64,000 nucleotides of DNA from Halobacteriales archaeon. GTDB lineage: Archaea; Halobacteriota; Halobacteria; Halobacteriales; SKSH01. Positions within the stretch are counted from its first letter, which is position 1; the number at the start of each line of letters is the position of its first letter. Shown in pieces: positions 24,891 to 34,071 of this stretch. The position numbers and the translations under genes are program-made. The notes under the pieces are model-generated. The model saw only the letters and a program-made list of their open reading frames with translations. It had not been told where the DNA came from and did no database searches. The stretch is taken from NCBI GenBank assembly GCA_046543335.1, contig JBKGZP010000002.1, positions 27,629 to 91,628 of the forward strand, read 5' to 3'.

Positions 24891-26699
24891 CTACTCTCTG
24901 AGGCCGACATCGGTGCTTCGGCGTCCGGCGCGACCCTCCCGTGCGGCGGTGACCAGCGAGACGTTGAGCGCGCCGGTGGCCACCACGCCGCCGGCGGCGG
25001 TGAGGAGGTTCTTGAGGGCGTGGTCGACGATCGCGGCCGCGACGGCGACGGTCACACCGACCGGCGTCAGCGCCACGACCAAGACGGCGAAGCCCGCCTC
25101 GTACGGCCCGATGCCCCCCGGCGAGACGGGGACGATCTTCGCGAGGTTTCCGACGCTGACGGCGAACGTGCCAACGGCGAGGAGCGTCCCCACGGCCAGA
25201 TCCACGTCGAACGCGGCGAGGACGACGACCGCCGAGAGCACGTCGATGGACCAGATCGCGAGGCTGGTGAGCCCGATCTGGCCGACCGCACGCGGGCGGG
25301 TCGAGACCGCGCGTACGTCGACGAGGAACCGCGCGAGGGCGGTGAGCGCGCGGTCGAGCGCCGGCACGCGGGACCCTCCGAAGCGGGACCAGCGGCGGTC
25401 GTCCAGCCTCGCGCTGATGAGCAAGGCGGCGAACCCGGCGAGCACGACGACGGCGACCGCTCCGGCGATCGCGACGGCGAGCCGACCGCCGCCGACGCCG
25501 GGGTCGTCCGAGGTGGTGGCGAGCACCCCCGGTCCGCGAACGGCTACCAGCCCCACGAGGACGCCGCCCGCGAGCATCGTGATCGTCAACAGGTCGAAGA
25601 TGCGCTCCACGGCGAGCGAGGCGAACCCCGTCGTGTACGGGACCTCGCGGCGGGACTTGAGGATGTACGCCCGGATGGCGTCGCCCGCCCGGGCCGGGAC
25701 GATGAGGTTGCCCGTCTGGCTCACGAAGATCGCCCCGGTGAGGACGTCGACGCGCTCGTGGTGACCGAGCTCGGCCAGGATGTCTCGGTACCGGACCCCC
25801 CTGATCGGCCACGAGGCCAGGTACATCGCGCCAGCGATCGCCAGGAACAGGGGGTCGACCCGCGCGATCCGGTCGAGGATCGCGCTCGGATCGGCCACGG
25901 TCTCGAGGACCAGGTAGCCGAGCAGGAGCGTCACGACCAGCGTGATGACGGTGCGAAGGCGCCAAAGCGTCGGTCGGACGCGCAGCTCCCAGCTCAGGTG
26001 GAGGAGCTGCCAGCCCATGCGGGGGGCGTCGTGCGCCAGGTCGACCGTCGTGGCGTCCTGGGCGGTCCATCGAACGGGGAGCTCGGCCACCTCGTGTCCG
26101 GCACGCTGGGCGCGCACGAGCACCTCGGTGTCCCAGAACCAGTGTTCGGCGCGGATGTCGTCGAGCAGCTCGAGGAGGACCGCTCGATCGAAGGCCTTGA
26201 AGCCGCACTGGTGGTCGCGCACCGCCGAGGCGAGGAGAATCCGAGCCAGTCCGTTGTACACCCGGCTCGGCACGTCCCGACCGATCGGGCGGTCGGCCTC
26301 GCTGTCGGGTAGCAGGCGGGATCCGGTCGCGATCGCCGCCGGGCCGTCGCGCACCGCGGCGATGAGCTCACCGAGGTGGCCGAGATCGGTGGCGAGGTCG
26401 GTGTCGAAGTAGACGACGATCGAGCCACGCGAGGCCCGGGCGGCCCGCTCGAGGGCGCGACCGCGTCCGAGGCGCTCGTCGCTGTGCAGGTGCCGGACGG
26501 TGGGGTTCGACGCCGCCAGCGCCTCGGCGACGGCGGGGGTGTCGTCGCTGCAGCCGTCCTCCGCGACGAGCACCTCGTACCCGGCTGGGAGGTCGAGGTC
26601 GTCGAGCGCCTCGAGGGTCCGCTCGACGGTGGTCGAGAGCGTCTCCGCTTCGTTGTACGCCGGGAGGATGACGCTCACGTCGACGGCCGACCCAGCCAT
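24891..26699 (-). CDS. fusion protein: GT2 glycosyltransferase (dolichyl-phosphate hexose synthase-like) + flippase-like / LPG-synthase-TM (UPF0104) membrane domain
   Basis: N-terminal part: VILPAYNEAETL, EDGCSDDT, YFDTDLATD, QCGFKAF. C-terminal part: about 330 aa with about 8 TM segments, including AFFVSQTG-like IFVSQTGNLIVPARAGD and SPGGIGPYEAG. Confidence 0.85.
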   Translation of the reverse strand: MAGSAVDVSVILPAYNEAETLSTTVERTLEALDDLDLPAGYEVLVAEDGCSDDTPAVAEALAASNPTVRHLHSDERLGRGRALERAARASRGSIVVYFDTDLATDLGHLGELIAAVRDGPAAIATGSRLLPDSEADRPIGRDVPSRVYNGLARILLASAVRDHQCGFKAFDRAVLLELLDDIRAEHWFWDTEVLVRAQRAGHEVAELPVRWTAQDATTVDLAHDAPRMGWQLLHLSWELRVRPTLWRLRTVITLVVTLLLGYLVLETVADPSAILDRIARVDPLFLAIAGAMYLASWPIRGVRYRDILAELGHHERVDVLTGAIFVSQTGNLIVPARAGDAIRAYILKSRREVPYTTGFASLAVERIFDLLTITMLAGGVLVGLVAVRGPGVLATTSDDPGVGGGRLAVAIAGAVAVVVLAGFAALLISARLDDRRWSRFGGSRVPALDRALTALARFLVDVRAVSTRPRAVGQIGLTSLAIWSIDVLSAVVVLAAFDVDLAVGTLLAVGTFAVSVGNLAKIVPVSPGGIGPYEAGFAVLVVALTPVGVTVAVAAAIVDHALKNLLTAAGGVVATGALNVSLVTAAREGRAGRRSTDVGLRE

Positions 26700-26744
26700 G
26701 TCGGTTCAGGGTCGCCACGGGGGAGGAATGAACGTTGCGACTGC

Positions 26745-27878
26745 CTACGAGCCCTCTTCGAGGTGTTCCTGCAGCTCCTGGTCCATCTCCTTGATGACCT
26801 CCTCGGCGGTGGGGACCTCCTCGCCGGCGGCCCCCTCCACCTCGCCGTCGACGGCCGAGTCGTCGAGGTCGGCGATGAGCTCCTCGAAGTCGTCGATGCC
26901 GATCAGCTCGCGGGTCTCCTCGTCGAACTCGAGGCTCTCGAGGATGCCGTCGATGTCCTTCACGTCGCTGCCGGTCAGGTGCTTGCCGTAGCGACCGACC
27001 AGCGAGGAGAACTCCTGCGGGATGACGAACGTGGTGGCCTCGTTGGTCCCGAGCTCCTCCAGGGCCTCGAAGCCGCGATTGAGCACGGCTCGCTCGCCCA
27101 TCGCCTCGGCGGACTTCGCGAGAAGCACCGTCGAGATGGCCTCGCCCTGCGACTCGAGGATCTCGCTCATCTTCTGCCCCTGGGCGCGGATGATGTTCGA
27201 GCGCTTTTGCCCCTCGGCCTTCTCGATGGCCGAGCGGCGCTCACCCTGCGCCTCGAGGATCATCGCCCGGCGGCGGCGTTCGGCGGACGTCTGCTCCTCC
27301 ATGGCCTGCTGGACGTCGGGGGAGGGGTTGACCTCGCGGACCTCGACGGACTCGACGCGGATGCCCCACTCGTCGGTCGGCTCGTCGAGCTCGCGGCGGA
27401 TCTTCGCGTTGATCTCCTGGCGCTTGTTCAGCGTGTCGTCGAGCTCCATGTCGCCGAGCACCGCTCGGAGGGTCGTCTGCGCGAGGTTCGACACCGCCCG
27501 CTTGTAGTCGTCGACCTCGAGGAAGGCCTTCTTCGCGTCCATCACCTTGATGTAGACGACGGCGTCGGCGGTGACCGGCGAGTTGTCCCGCGTGATCGCC
27601 TCCTGGCGGGGGACGTCGAGCGTCTGGGTCCGCATGTCGAAGCGGTACGTCCGGCTCACGAACGGCGGCACGAAGTTGATCCCCGGCTCGAGCAGTCGGC
27701 GGAACTCCCCGAAGACGGTCAGGGCGCGCTTCTCGTAGGCGTTGACGATCTCGACGGCGCTGTTGACGGTCAGGATGGCGAGCAGGAGGACGACGAGCCC
27801 GATGATCGTGAGCTCGAGCCCGCCCAACAGCTGCAGGGGTGCGCTCATCATGGGCTGACGTACCGGAGGTGTGGCCAA
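26745..27878 (-). CDS. SPFH/band-7 (stomatin/prohibitin-like) protein
   Basis: An N-terminal TM segment, then VFGEFRRLLEPGINFVPPFVSRTYRFDMRTQTLDVPRQEAITRDNSPVTADAVVY, a coiled-coil EAQGE.. region and an acidic tail. Confidence 0.85.
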   Translation of the reverse strand: MATPPVRQPMMSAPLQLLGGLELTIIGLVVLLLAILTVNSAVEIVNAYEKRALTVFGEFRRLLEPGINFVPPFVSRTYRFDMRTQTLDVPRQEAITRDNSPVTADAVVYIKVMDAKKAFLEVDDYKRAVSNLAQTTLRAVLGDMELDDTLNKRQEINAKIRRELDEPTDEWGIRVESVEVREVNPSPDVQQAMEEQTSAERRRRAMILEAQGERRSAIEKAEGQKRSNIIRAQGQKMSEILESQGEAISTVLLAKSAEAMGERAVLNRGFEALEELGTNEATTFVIPQEFSSLVGRYGKHLTGSDVKDIDGILESLEFDEETRELIGIDDFEELIADLDDSAVDGEVEGAAGEEVPTAEEVIKEMDQELQEHLEEGS

Positions 27879-27897
27879 AAGGGTTCGCCCGACGAGC

Positions 27898-28404
27898 TCA
27901 CTCCTCCGCCGTCTCCTCGACGGGTTCGACGGTCAGCAGGTTTCCGCCGCCCGGGTCGACGACCACCACCCGGGTCCCGACGGGGATCTCCCCCGCGGGC
28001 GTCCGGCTCCGGTAGTGGGGATCGAACCCCCCGCTATCGAGCTTGACCTCGCCCTGGGACCGGGTGACGCGCTGGGTGACGAACCCCTCGCGGCCGAGGA
28101 GGCTGCGGTGGTCGCTCGTCTGCTCGCGGCCCTTGCCCCCGTAGATGTCGACCTCGCGGTAGACGACCAGCGCGATCGATCCGAACAGCAACGTCAGCCC
28201 CGCCAGCGCGAGCGGGCTGCCGAGGGCGGGGACGGCCAGCCCGATCGCCCCCGCGCCGGTCAGCGCCACCCCGAGGACGATGAAGTGCGCGCCGGGTGCC
28301 AGCGCCTCGAGGCCGATGAGCAACAGCCCGCCGAGCAACACCACGAGCGCGAGCTCGAGGCCGAGGACCGTGACCATGGCGGCCCCCTCGGCGACCACCG
28401 ACAT
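27898..28404 (-). CDS. NfeD-family membrane protein
   Basis: 3 TM segments plus a C-terminal OB-like GREGFVTQRVTRSQGEVKLDSG...GTRVVVVD. This is the classical partner immediately upstream of an SPFH gene. Confidence 0.8.
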   Translation of the reverse strand: MSVVAEGAAMVTVLGLELALVVLLGGLLLIGLEALAPGAHFIVLGVALTGAGAIGLAVPALGSPLALAGLTLLFGSIALVVYREVDIYGGKGREQTSDHRSLLGREGFVTQRVTRSQGEVKLDSGGFDPHYRSRTPAGEIPVGTRVVVVDPGGGNLLTVEPVEETAEE

Positions 28405-28421
28405 TAACGGTTCGTCCCCAG

Positions 28422-28553
28422 CTAGCCCATCGCGGAGAGGTAGAGGTCGACGACCACGGCGAGGGCGAGGCCGACCCCGAGGAGGACGAAGAGCGCGTGC
28501 TCGAGCGACGGCCGCTGGCGCTCGATGTCTCTCGGGCGATCCTCATCACGCAT
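28422..28553 (-). CDS. possible 43-aa single-TM protein
   Basis: MRDEDRPRDIERQRPSLEHALFVLLGVGLALAVVVDLYLSAMG lies between metG and nfeD. The rest of track ORF 28422..29081 is antisense-frame noise inside metG. No homology evidence. Confidence 0.35.
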   Translation of the reverse strand: MRDEDRPRDIERQRPSLEHALFVLLGVGLALAVVVDLYLSAMG

Positions 28554-28560
28554 TATCGAC

Positions 28561-30603
28561 TCAGAGCACCCTCGAGCCCAGCGGGGCGTCCCCGACGGTG
28601 GTGAGGAGGTCGGCCTCCTCCCCCGCGGCGAGGACCATGCCGTTGCTCTCGACGCCGAAGATCTCGGCCCGCTCGAGGTTGGCGACGACGATGACCCGCT
28701 GGCCAGGCAGCGCATCGAGGTCGTAAAATGGCTTGATACCGGCGACGATCTGCCGGCGTTCGAGGCCGAGGTCCACGGTGAGTGCCACGAGCTCGTCCGC
28801 CCCCTCGATCGGCTCCGCCGACAGGATCTCACCCACGCGCAGATCGAGCTCTCGGAACCGTTGGATTGAGATGCGCTCACCGAGGAGCGGCTCGAGGTCG
28901 TCGGCCTCCGCCCCGTCTGCCACGGCCTCGACGGGTTCGGCGGGCTCGATGCGCTCCTCGAGCTCGCGTTCGAGGGCCTCGACCGCCTCGTCCTCGATTT
29001 GCTCGACGAGCGTGTCGGGGCGCTTGAGTTCCCCGGAGACCGGCTCGAGGGCGTCCTCGACGTGCTCGATGGGCTCGTCACCCGGCAGCTGGCCCCAGAG
29101 CTCCGGCGCCAGGCCCGGGAGCACCGGCGACCCCACCACGGCGATCGCCTTGACCAGCTGGAGGCAGTCGCCGATCACGACGGCCGCCGCCTCCGGGTCC
29201 TCCTCCACGAGGTGCCAGGGCTCGGTGCGCTGGATGTACTCGTTGCCGAAGCGCGCCAGCGCGACCGGCGCCTGGGCGAGTCGGCGCGGCTCGTGCCCGT
29301 TCAACGCCGCGGCGATGTCGTCGACGGCCGCCTCGATGCGCTCGCGGACCTCGTCGCTCACCGGTGCCGCCGGCGCCTCGTCGTAGTTCCGGTACGCGAA
29401 CAGCATCGATCGGTACGCGAAGTTCCCGAGGTCGTTCGCGAGGTCGTTGTTGACGACCTCGGCGAAGCGCGACCAGGTGAAGTCGATGTCCTGCTGGAAC
29501 TGCCCGTAGCTGAGGAGGTAGTACCGCAGGTAGTCGGGGTCGAAGCCAGCCTCGAGGTACTCGTTGACCCAGACCGCCCGGTTGCGACTCGTCGAGAACG
29601 CCCGCCCGTCGAGGTTGATGAAGCCACTGGCGAGGACGGCCCGTGGCTCGCCGTAGCCCGAGCCGTGTAGCATCGCGGGCCAGAAGACCGTGTGGTGCTG
29701 GATGATGTCCCGCCCGATCACGTGGACGATCTCGCCGTCTTCGCGCCAGGCCCGCTCCCAGTCGAACGCCCCCGTGCGTTCGGCGTACTGTCGCGTGGAG
29801 GAGATGTACTCGATCGGGGCGTCCACCCAGACGTACAACACGAGGTCCTCGGCCCCGTCGTCGGGGTAGGGGATGCCCCAGTCGAGGTCGCGGGTGATGC
29901 ACCAGTCGCGCAGTTCGCCCTCGATCCACTCCCGGGGCTGGTTCTTGGCGTTGTCCGTCCCCTCGAGACGGTCGAGGAATCCCTCGAGGTAGTCCTGGAA
30001 GTCCGACAGCCGGAAGAACTTGTGCGACCGGGTGCGGTACTCCGCTGGCTCGCCGGTCTCGACGCTGATCGGGTCGACGATCTCGCCCGGCTCGAGGTGG
30101 CGACCGCAGCCCTCGTCGCACTCGTCACCGCGGGCGTGCGCGCCGCAGTAGGGACACGTCCCCTCGACGTAGCGATCCGGAAGCGGCATCTCGAGGACGG
30201 GGTCCCAGGCCACCTGGATCTCGCGGTCGTAGATGTGCCCGGCCTCGTCGAGCGCCCGGACGATCTCGGTCGTGACCGCCTGGTTGGTCTCGTCGTGGGT
30301 GTGGCCGTAGTTGTCGAACTCGACGCGCAGCTTCGGGAAGACCGACTCGTACCGCTCGTGCCACCGCATGGCGAAGGTCTCGGGGTCGACCCCCTCGCGG
30401 TGGGCGTTGACCGACACCGGCGTGCCGTGCATGTCGGAGCCGCTGACGAAGGCGGTCTCCTGCCCGACGAGGCGGAGCGCGCGGGCGATGGTGTCGCCGC
30501 TGAGAAAGGTCCGCATGTGACCGATGTGCAACTCGCCGTTGGCGTACGGAAGCCCGCAGGTCACCACCGCCGGCGCATCGGTCGGGAACGCCGCTCGTTC
30601 CAT
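28561..30603 (-). CDS. metG: methionine--tRNA ligase with C-terminal Trbp111-like tRNA-binding domain
   Basis: HIGH motif (ELHIGHMRT), KMSKS-position FSTSRN, Zn knuckle CPYCG...CDEGCG, and C-terminal DLRVGEILSAEPIEGADELVALTVDLG. GACTTTATTGCC lies about 29 nt upstream of the ATG at 30603 (track start 30615). Confidence 0.92.
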   Translation of the reverse strand: MERAAFPTDAPAVVTCGLPYANGELHIGHMRTFLSGDTIARALRLVGQETAFVSGSDMHGTPVSVNAHREGVDPETFAMRWHERYESVFPKLRVEFDNYGHTHDETNQAVTTEIVRALDEAGHIYDREIQVAWDPVLEMPLPDRYVEGTCPYCGAHARGDECDEGCGRHLEPGEIVDPISVETGEPAEYRTRSHKFFRLSDFQDYLEGFLDRLEGTDNAKNQPREWIEGELRDWCITRDLDWGIPYPDDGAEDLVLYVWVDAPIEYISSTRQYAERTGAFDWERAWREDGEIVHVIGRDIIQHHTVFWPAMLHGSGYGEPRAVLASGFINLDGRAFSTSRNRAVWVNEYLEAGFDPDYLRYYLLSYGQFQQDIDFTWSRFAEVVNNDLANDLGNFAYRSMLFAYRNYDEAPAAPVSDEVRERIEAAVDDIAAALNGHEPRRLAQAPVALARFGNEYIQRTEPWHLVEEDPEAAAVVIGDCLQLVKAIAVVGSPVLPGLAPELWGQLPGDEPIEHVEDALEPVSGELKRPDTLVEQIEDEAVEALERELEERIEPAEPVEAVADGAEADDLEPLLGERISIQRFRELDLRVGEILSAEPIEGADELVALTVDLGLERRQIVAGIKPFYDLDALPGQRVIVVANLERAEIFGVESNGMVLAAGEEADLLTTVGDAPLGSRVL

Positions 30604-30651
30604 GGGGCGGTCCACTTGGCGCCCGGCAATAAAGTCGCGGAAATCTCCGCC

Positions 30652-31200
30652 TCAGGAGAGGCGCGCGGCGAGATTCGCCTCGGTGATGATGCCGATGGGA
30701 TGGCCCTCCTCGGTGACCACCACGGCCCGGGCGTGCTCGAGGATGGTCTGCAGCTCGCGCTGGCTCGCCTCCGGGGTGACCGAGGGAAACGGCGGTTGCA
30801 TGTGCTCGCGGACGGGATCCGAGCGCTCCACGTCGTCGAGGACGGCCAGGTCCCCGAGCGTGATGCTCCCCACGGCGACGTCGTCCTCGGTGACCGGTAG
30901 CTGGGAGTACGCCGCCTCGTTCATGCGGTCGGCCGCGACGCGGATGGGGTCGTCGGCCGCGACGCTCACCACCGGCACGGACATCAGGTCGCTCGCCCGG
31001 ACGACCGCCGCCTCGGCCTCGTCGAGGGCCTCGATGATCCGCCGCAGCGTCGACAGCCGGGGGTCGACGTCGCCCCCCTCGACGCGGGCGATCAGCGGTT
31101 GGGACACGCCAGCCGCCTCCGCGACTTCCTGCTGTGTCAACCCGAGGTCCGTCCGACGCTGTCGGATGTCGGACGGGGTGGGGAGGTCCATGCGGTTCAT
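30652..31200 (-). CDS. transcriptional regulator, XRE-type HTH + CBS domain pair
   Basis: IRQRRTDLGLTQQEVAEAAGVSQPLIARVEGG, then two CBS-like repeats. An alternative start MDLPTPSD (31191) fits the CTTAACAAA box better. Confidence 0.8.
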   Translation of the reverse strand: MNRMDLPTPSDIRQRRTDLGLTQQEVAEAAGVSQPLIARVEGGDVDPRLSTLRRIIEALDEAEAAVVRASDLMSVPVVSVAADDPIRVAADRMNEAAYSQLPVTEDDVAVGSITLGDLAVLDDVERSDPVREHMQPPFPSVTPEASQRELQTILEHARAVVVTEEGHPIGIITEANLAARLS

Positions 31201-31236
31201 AACTACCAGTAATTTGTTAAGCGTTCCGCCCGGGGC

Positions 31237-31584
31237 TCACGCCTCCGTCTCGATCACGTCGACGACCTTGAGCGGGACGTCCCGCAGCGCCTGGCCGATC
31301 TCCTTCTTGGCGATCCGAGAGGCGTGTTCGACGTCCTCGGCGTTGTAGACGTCGATCTCCAGGGCCAGCCCCACCAGGGCGGTGTCCGCGGCGATGTACG
31401 CCGAGTCGAAGGGGGCATCGCAGACGGGACAGCCCGTCACGCCCACGTCGACGTCGACGTACCCCATCGACGCGTCGTTCAACCGGCGACCGGCCTCGCT
31501 GACGGCGACGCCGATCGCATCGTCGACCTGGTCGACGTCGCGCACCAGCCACGCGGCCTCGAGCAGCACCGTGTAGTCGGCCAT
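31237..31584 (-). CDS. UPF0212/DUF555 family protein
   Basis: MADYTVLLEAAWLVRDVDQVDDAIGVAVSEAGRRLN...GCPVCDAPF...EHASRIAKKEIGQAL matches the conserved archaeal UPF0212 pattern. Confidence 0.75.
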   Translation of the reverse strand: MADYTVLLEAAWLVRDVDQVDDAIGVAVSEAGRRLNDASMGYVDVDVGVTGCPVCDAPFDSAYIAADTALVGLALEIDVYNAEDVEHASRIAKKEIGQALRDVPLKVVDVIETEA

Positions 31585-31827
31585 GGGTCGCACTCGGTGG
31601 CCCCGCCCCTCCCCTTTTTGGTTCGCGGTGGTCCGGGGCGTATCGTACGCGTATTATTCGCGATGGCGCGGTCACTCCAACGCACCTCGTTCGCCTCTCC
31701 AGCCGCCCCGATACGTGGGTCTCGCCCCTCGTACCCAACGGGCAGACGAACGACGCTGGCGGTCTCAACGACGGCAATCGTGGGGAAACGCTTATGACCA
31801 CCCCCCGTCGACGGGCGGGGCACCGCC

Positions 31828-32004
31828 ATGCTCGAACGCGTCTCCCGGACGCTGGTGTTCGGGGCGTACCAGCTCTCGATCGCCCTGGGGATCCTGTTGC
31901 TCCCCGCGGCGATCGTCTCGCAACGCCTCGGGGTCCCCCTCCCGATCCATCGCGTGATCAGGGCGCTCGGCGCCGCCTACGAGCGGTTCGAGGCCGACGC
32001 CTGA
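31828..32004 (+). CDS. possible 58-aa membrane protein (below ORF-track threshold)
   Basis: MLERVSRTLVFGAYQLSIALGILLLPAAIVSQRLGVPLPIHRVIRALGAAYERFEADA. GC3-rich codons, and CGCTTATGACC about 34 nt upstream of the ATG. Confidence 0.4.
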   Translation: MLERVSRTLVFGAYQLSIALGILLLPAAIVSQRLGVPLPIHRVIRALGAAYERFEADA

Positions 32005-32057
32005 TCGACCGCGACGAAGACGGCCCTTTATGTCCACCCCGTCGTAAGACCTCCCGC

Positions 32058-32780
32058 ATGGAACCGCGCACAGCCCCCCATCAGTCCATCGAGCGTCCGA
32101 CGCCCGGTCTGCGGGACCCCGACACCCCGGCCGTGGGGAGCCATCCCCGGAGCGACCCCCCGGCCGATGCGGAGTACTCGAGCGAAACCGGCACGACCAC
32201 CATCGGGCTGACGACCGCCGACGGCGTCGTCCTCGCGACGGACATGCGGGCCACCCTGGCCGGTCGGTTCGTCACCAACAAGAACGTCCAGAAGGTCGAG
32301 CAGATCCACCCGACGGCCGCGTTGACGATGGTGGGCTCCGTCGGCGGGGCCCAGGCGTTCGTGCGCGGCCTCAGGGTCGAGTCGAACCTCTACGAGACTC
32401 GCCGGGGTGAGCGCATGAGCATGCAGGCGCTTTCGACGATCGCCGGCAATTTCGCGCGCGCCGGTCCGTACTGGGCGATCAACCCCATCCTCGGCGGCGT
32501 CGACCACGAGGGCAGCCACGTCTTCTCCATCGCCCCCGACGGTGGGGTCCTCGGCGAGGACTACGTGGTGACCGGCAGCGGGATGCAACTCGCCTACGGC
32601 CACCTCGAGCAGAAGTACGACCCCGACATCAGCACAGACGAGGCGATTCGCGTCGCCGCCGGTGGGGTCGTCAGCGCGACCGAGCGCGACTCCGGCAGCG
32701 GGAACGGCATCTACATCGCCACCGTGACCGAGGAGGGCGTCGACATCGAGGGCCACAAGAACGTCGACGCCTTGCTGTAG
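32058..32780 (+). CDS. psmB: 20S proteasome subunit beta
   Basis: A propeptide, then the catalytic TTTIGL, plus GSGMQLAYG. CCTTTATGTCC lies about 30 nt upstream. Confidence 0.9.
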   Translation: MEPRTAPHQSIERPTPGLRDPDTPAVGSHPRSDPPADAEYSSETGTTTIGLTTADGVVLATDMRATLAGRFVTNKNVQKVEQIHPTAALTMVGSVGGAQAFVRGLRVESNLYETRRGERMSMQALSTIAGNFARAGPYWAINPILGGVDHEGSHVFSIAPDGGVLGEDYVVTGSGMQLAYGHLEQKYDPDISTDEAIRVAAGGVVSATERDSGSGNGIYIATVTEEGVDIEGHKNVDALL

Positions 32781-32802
32781 GTCCGACCGCTCGAGGCGGG
32801 CG

Positions 32803-34071
32803 ATGCCGACGATCAAGGACAGCGTCCACGGCCACATCGACCTGGATGGGGTGGGCGCGGACCTGCTCGATACGCCCCCCGTCCAGCGCCTGCGCCACGT
32901 CCGCCAGCTCGGCACCGTCCACCTCGTCTACCCGTCAGCCAACCACACGCGGTTCGAGCACAGCCTCGGGGTCTACCACCTCGCCCGCCGAGCCCTCGAC
33001 CACCTCGGGATCGAGGGCAGGACCGCCCGTCGGTTCGAGGCGGCGGCGATGCTCCACGACGTCGGTCACGCGCCCTTCTCGCACCACCTCGAGCCGCTGC
33101 TGGAGACGGCGACCGATCGGTCGCACGACGACATCGACGACCTCCTCGATGGTCAGCCGCTGGCCGGGGTGCTCGCCCGTCACGACCTCGACCCGGACCG
33201 GGTGGCAGAACTGGTGCGCGGAGCGGGCCCCCTGGGGCAGCTCCTCGCGGGCGAGCTCGACGTCGACCGCATGGACTACCTGGTGCGCGACGCACACCAC
33301 ACCGGCGTGCCGTACGGGACGATCGACCCCGGACGGCTGCTGCGCGAGCTGACCTTCGTCGACGGGACGCTCGCGCTCGACGAGGGCAACGTCCAGTCCG
33401 CCGAGAACCTGCTCATCGCCAGAGCGCTGATGAATCCGACCGTGTACAACCACCACGTCGCCCGGATCAGCAAGGCGATGCTGCGCCGGGCGGTGGCAGA
33501 CCTGCTCGCCGACGTCGGCCTTGAGCGCGCCCTCGACCGCCCGCTGGCGACGCGGTCAGCTGCGGTCGACGTCCACCCCCTCAGGCGCGCGACGGACCAC
33601 GAGGTGGTACACGCGCTCCTCTCGCACGAACCCACCCGGGGACTCGCGCGGCGCCTCCTGCATCGCGACCTGTACAAGCGGGCCGTCTGGGTCGAGCGCG
33701 CGGCCGTGCCGCGGTCGCTCCTGGCGGCGGACGACGACGAGCTCCGGTCGCACGAACGCGCGATCGCCGAGCTCCTCGACCTCGACGCCACGGCGGTGCT
33801 GATCGACGTCCCGTCCGTCGGCCCCATGGCGGAGGCGAGCTCGCGCTTGCTCGTCAACGGCGAGCTCCGGCGCCTCGGCGAGCAGTCGCCGCTGGTCGGA
33901 GCACTCGAGGAGAACCACCGTGCCCAGTGGCGCATGGGCGTGTACGCCCCGGCGGCGTGGACCGACGCCGTCGCGTCCGCGGCGATCGACCAGCTCGACC
34001 TCGATGTCGACGGTCCCGTTGTCTCGCCGCGAAGCCGTGGACTGCACCGCTCTCTGGAGGAGTTCGAATGA
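32803..34071 (+). CDS. HD-domain phosphohydrolase (SAMHD1/dGTPase-like superfamily)
   Basis: IKDSVHGHIDL, RLRHVRQLG, TRFEHSLGVYHL, HDVGHAPFSH, DVDRMDYLVRD. Confidence 0.85.
   Translation: MPTIKDSVHGHIDLDGVGADLLDTPPVQRLRHVRQLGTVHLVYPSANHTRFEHSLGVYHLARRALDHLGIEGRTARRFEAAAMLHDVGHAPFSHHLEPLLETATDRSHDDIDDLLDGQPLAGVLARHDLDPDRVAELVRGAGPLGQLLAGELDVDRMDYLVRDAHHTGVPYGTIDPGRLLRELTFVDGTLALDEGNVQSAENLLIARALMNPTVYNHHVARISKAMLRRAVADLLADVGLERALDRPLATRSAAVDVHPLRRATDHEVVHALLSHEPTRGLARRLLHRDLYKRAVWVERAAVPRSLLAADDDELRSHERAIAELLDLDATAVLIDVPSVGPMAEASSRLLVNGELRRLGEQSPLVGALEENHRAQWRMGVYAPAAWTDAVASAAIDQLDLDVDGPVVSPRSRGLHRSLEEFE

Noticed and set aside
31583-31957. 124-aa plus-strand ORF across the long spacer
   Set aside because: Arg/Pro/Ser/Trp-rich. 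It begins antisense to the UPF0212 gene start and is out of frame with the more plausible 58-codon ORF at 31828.
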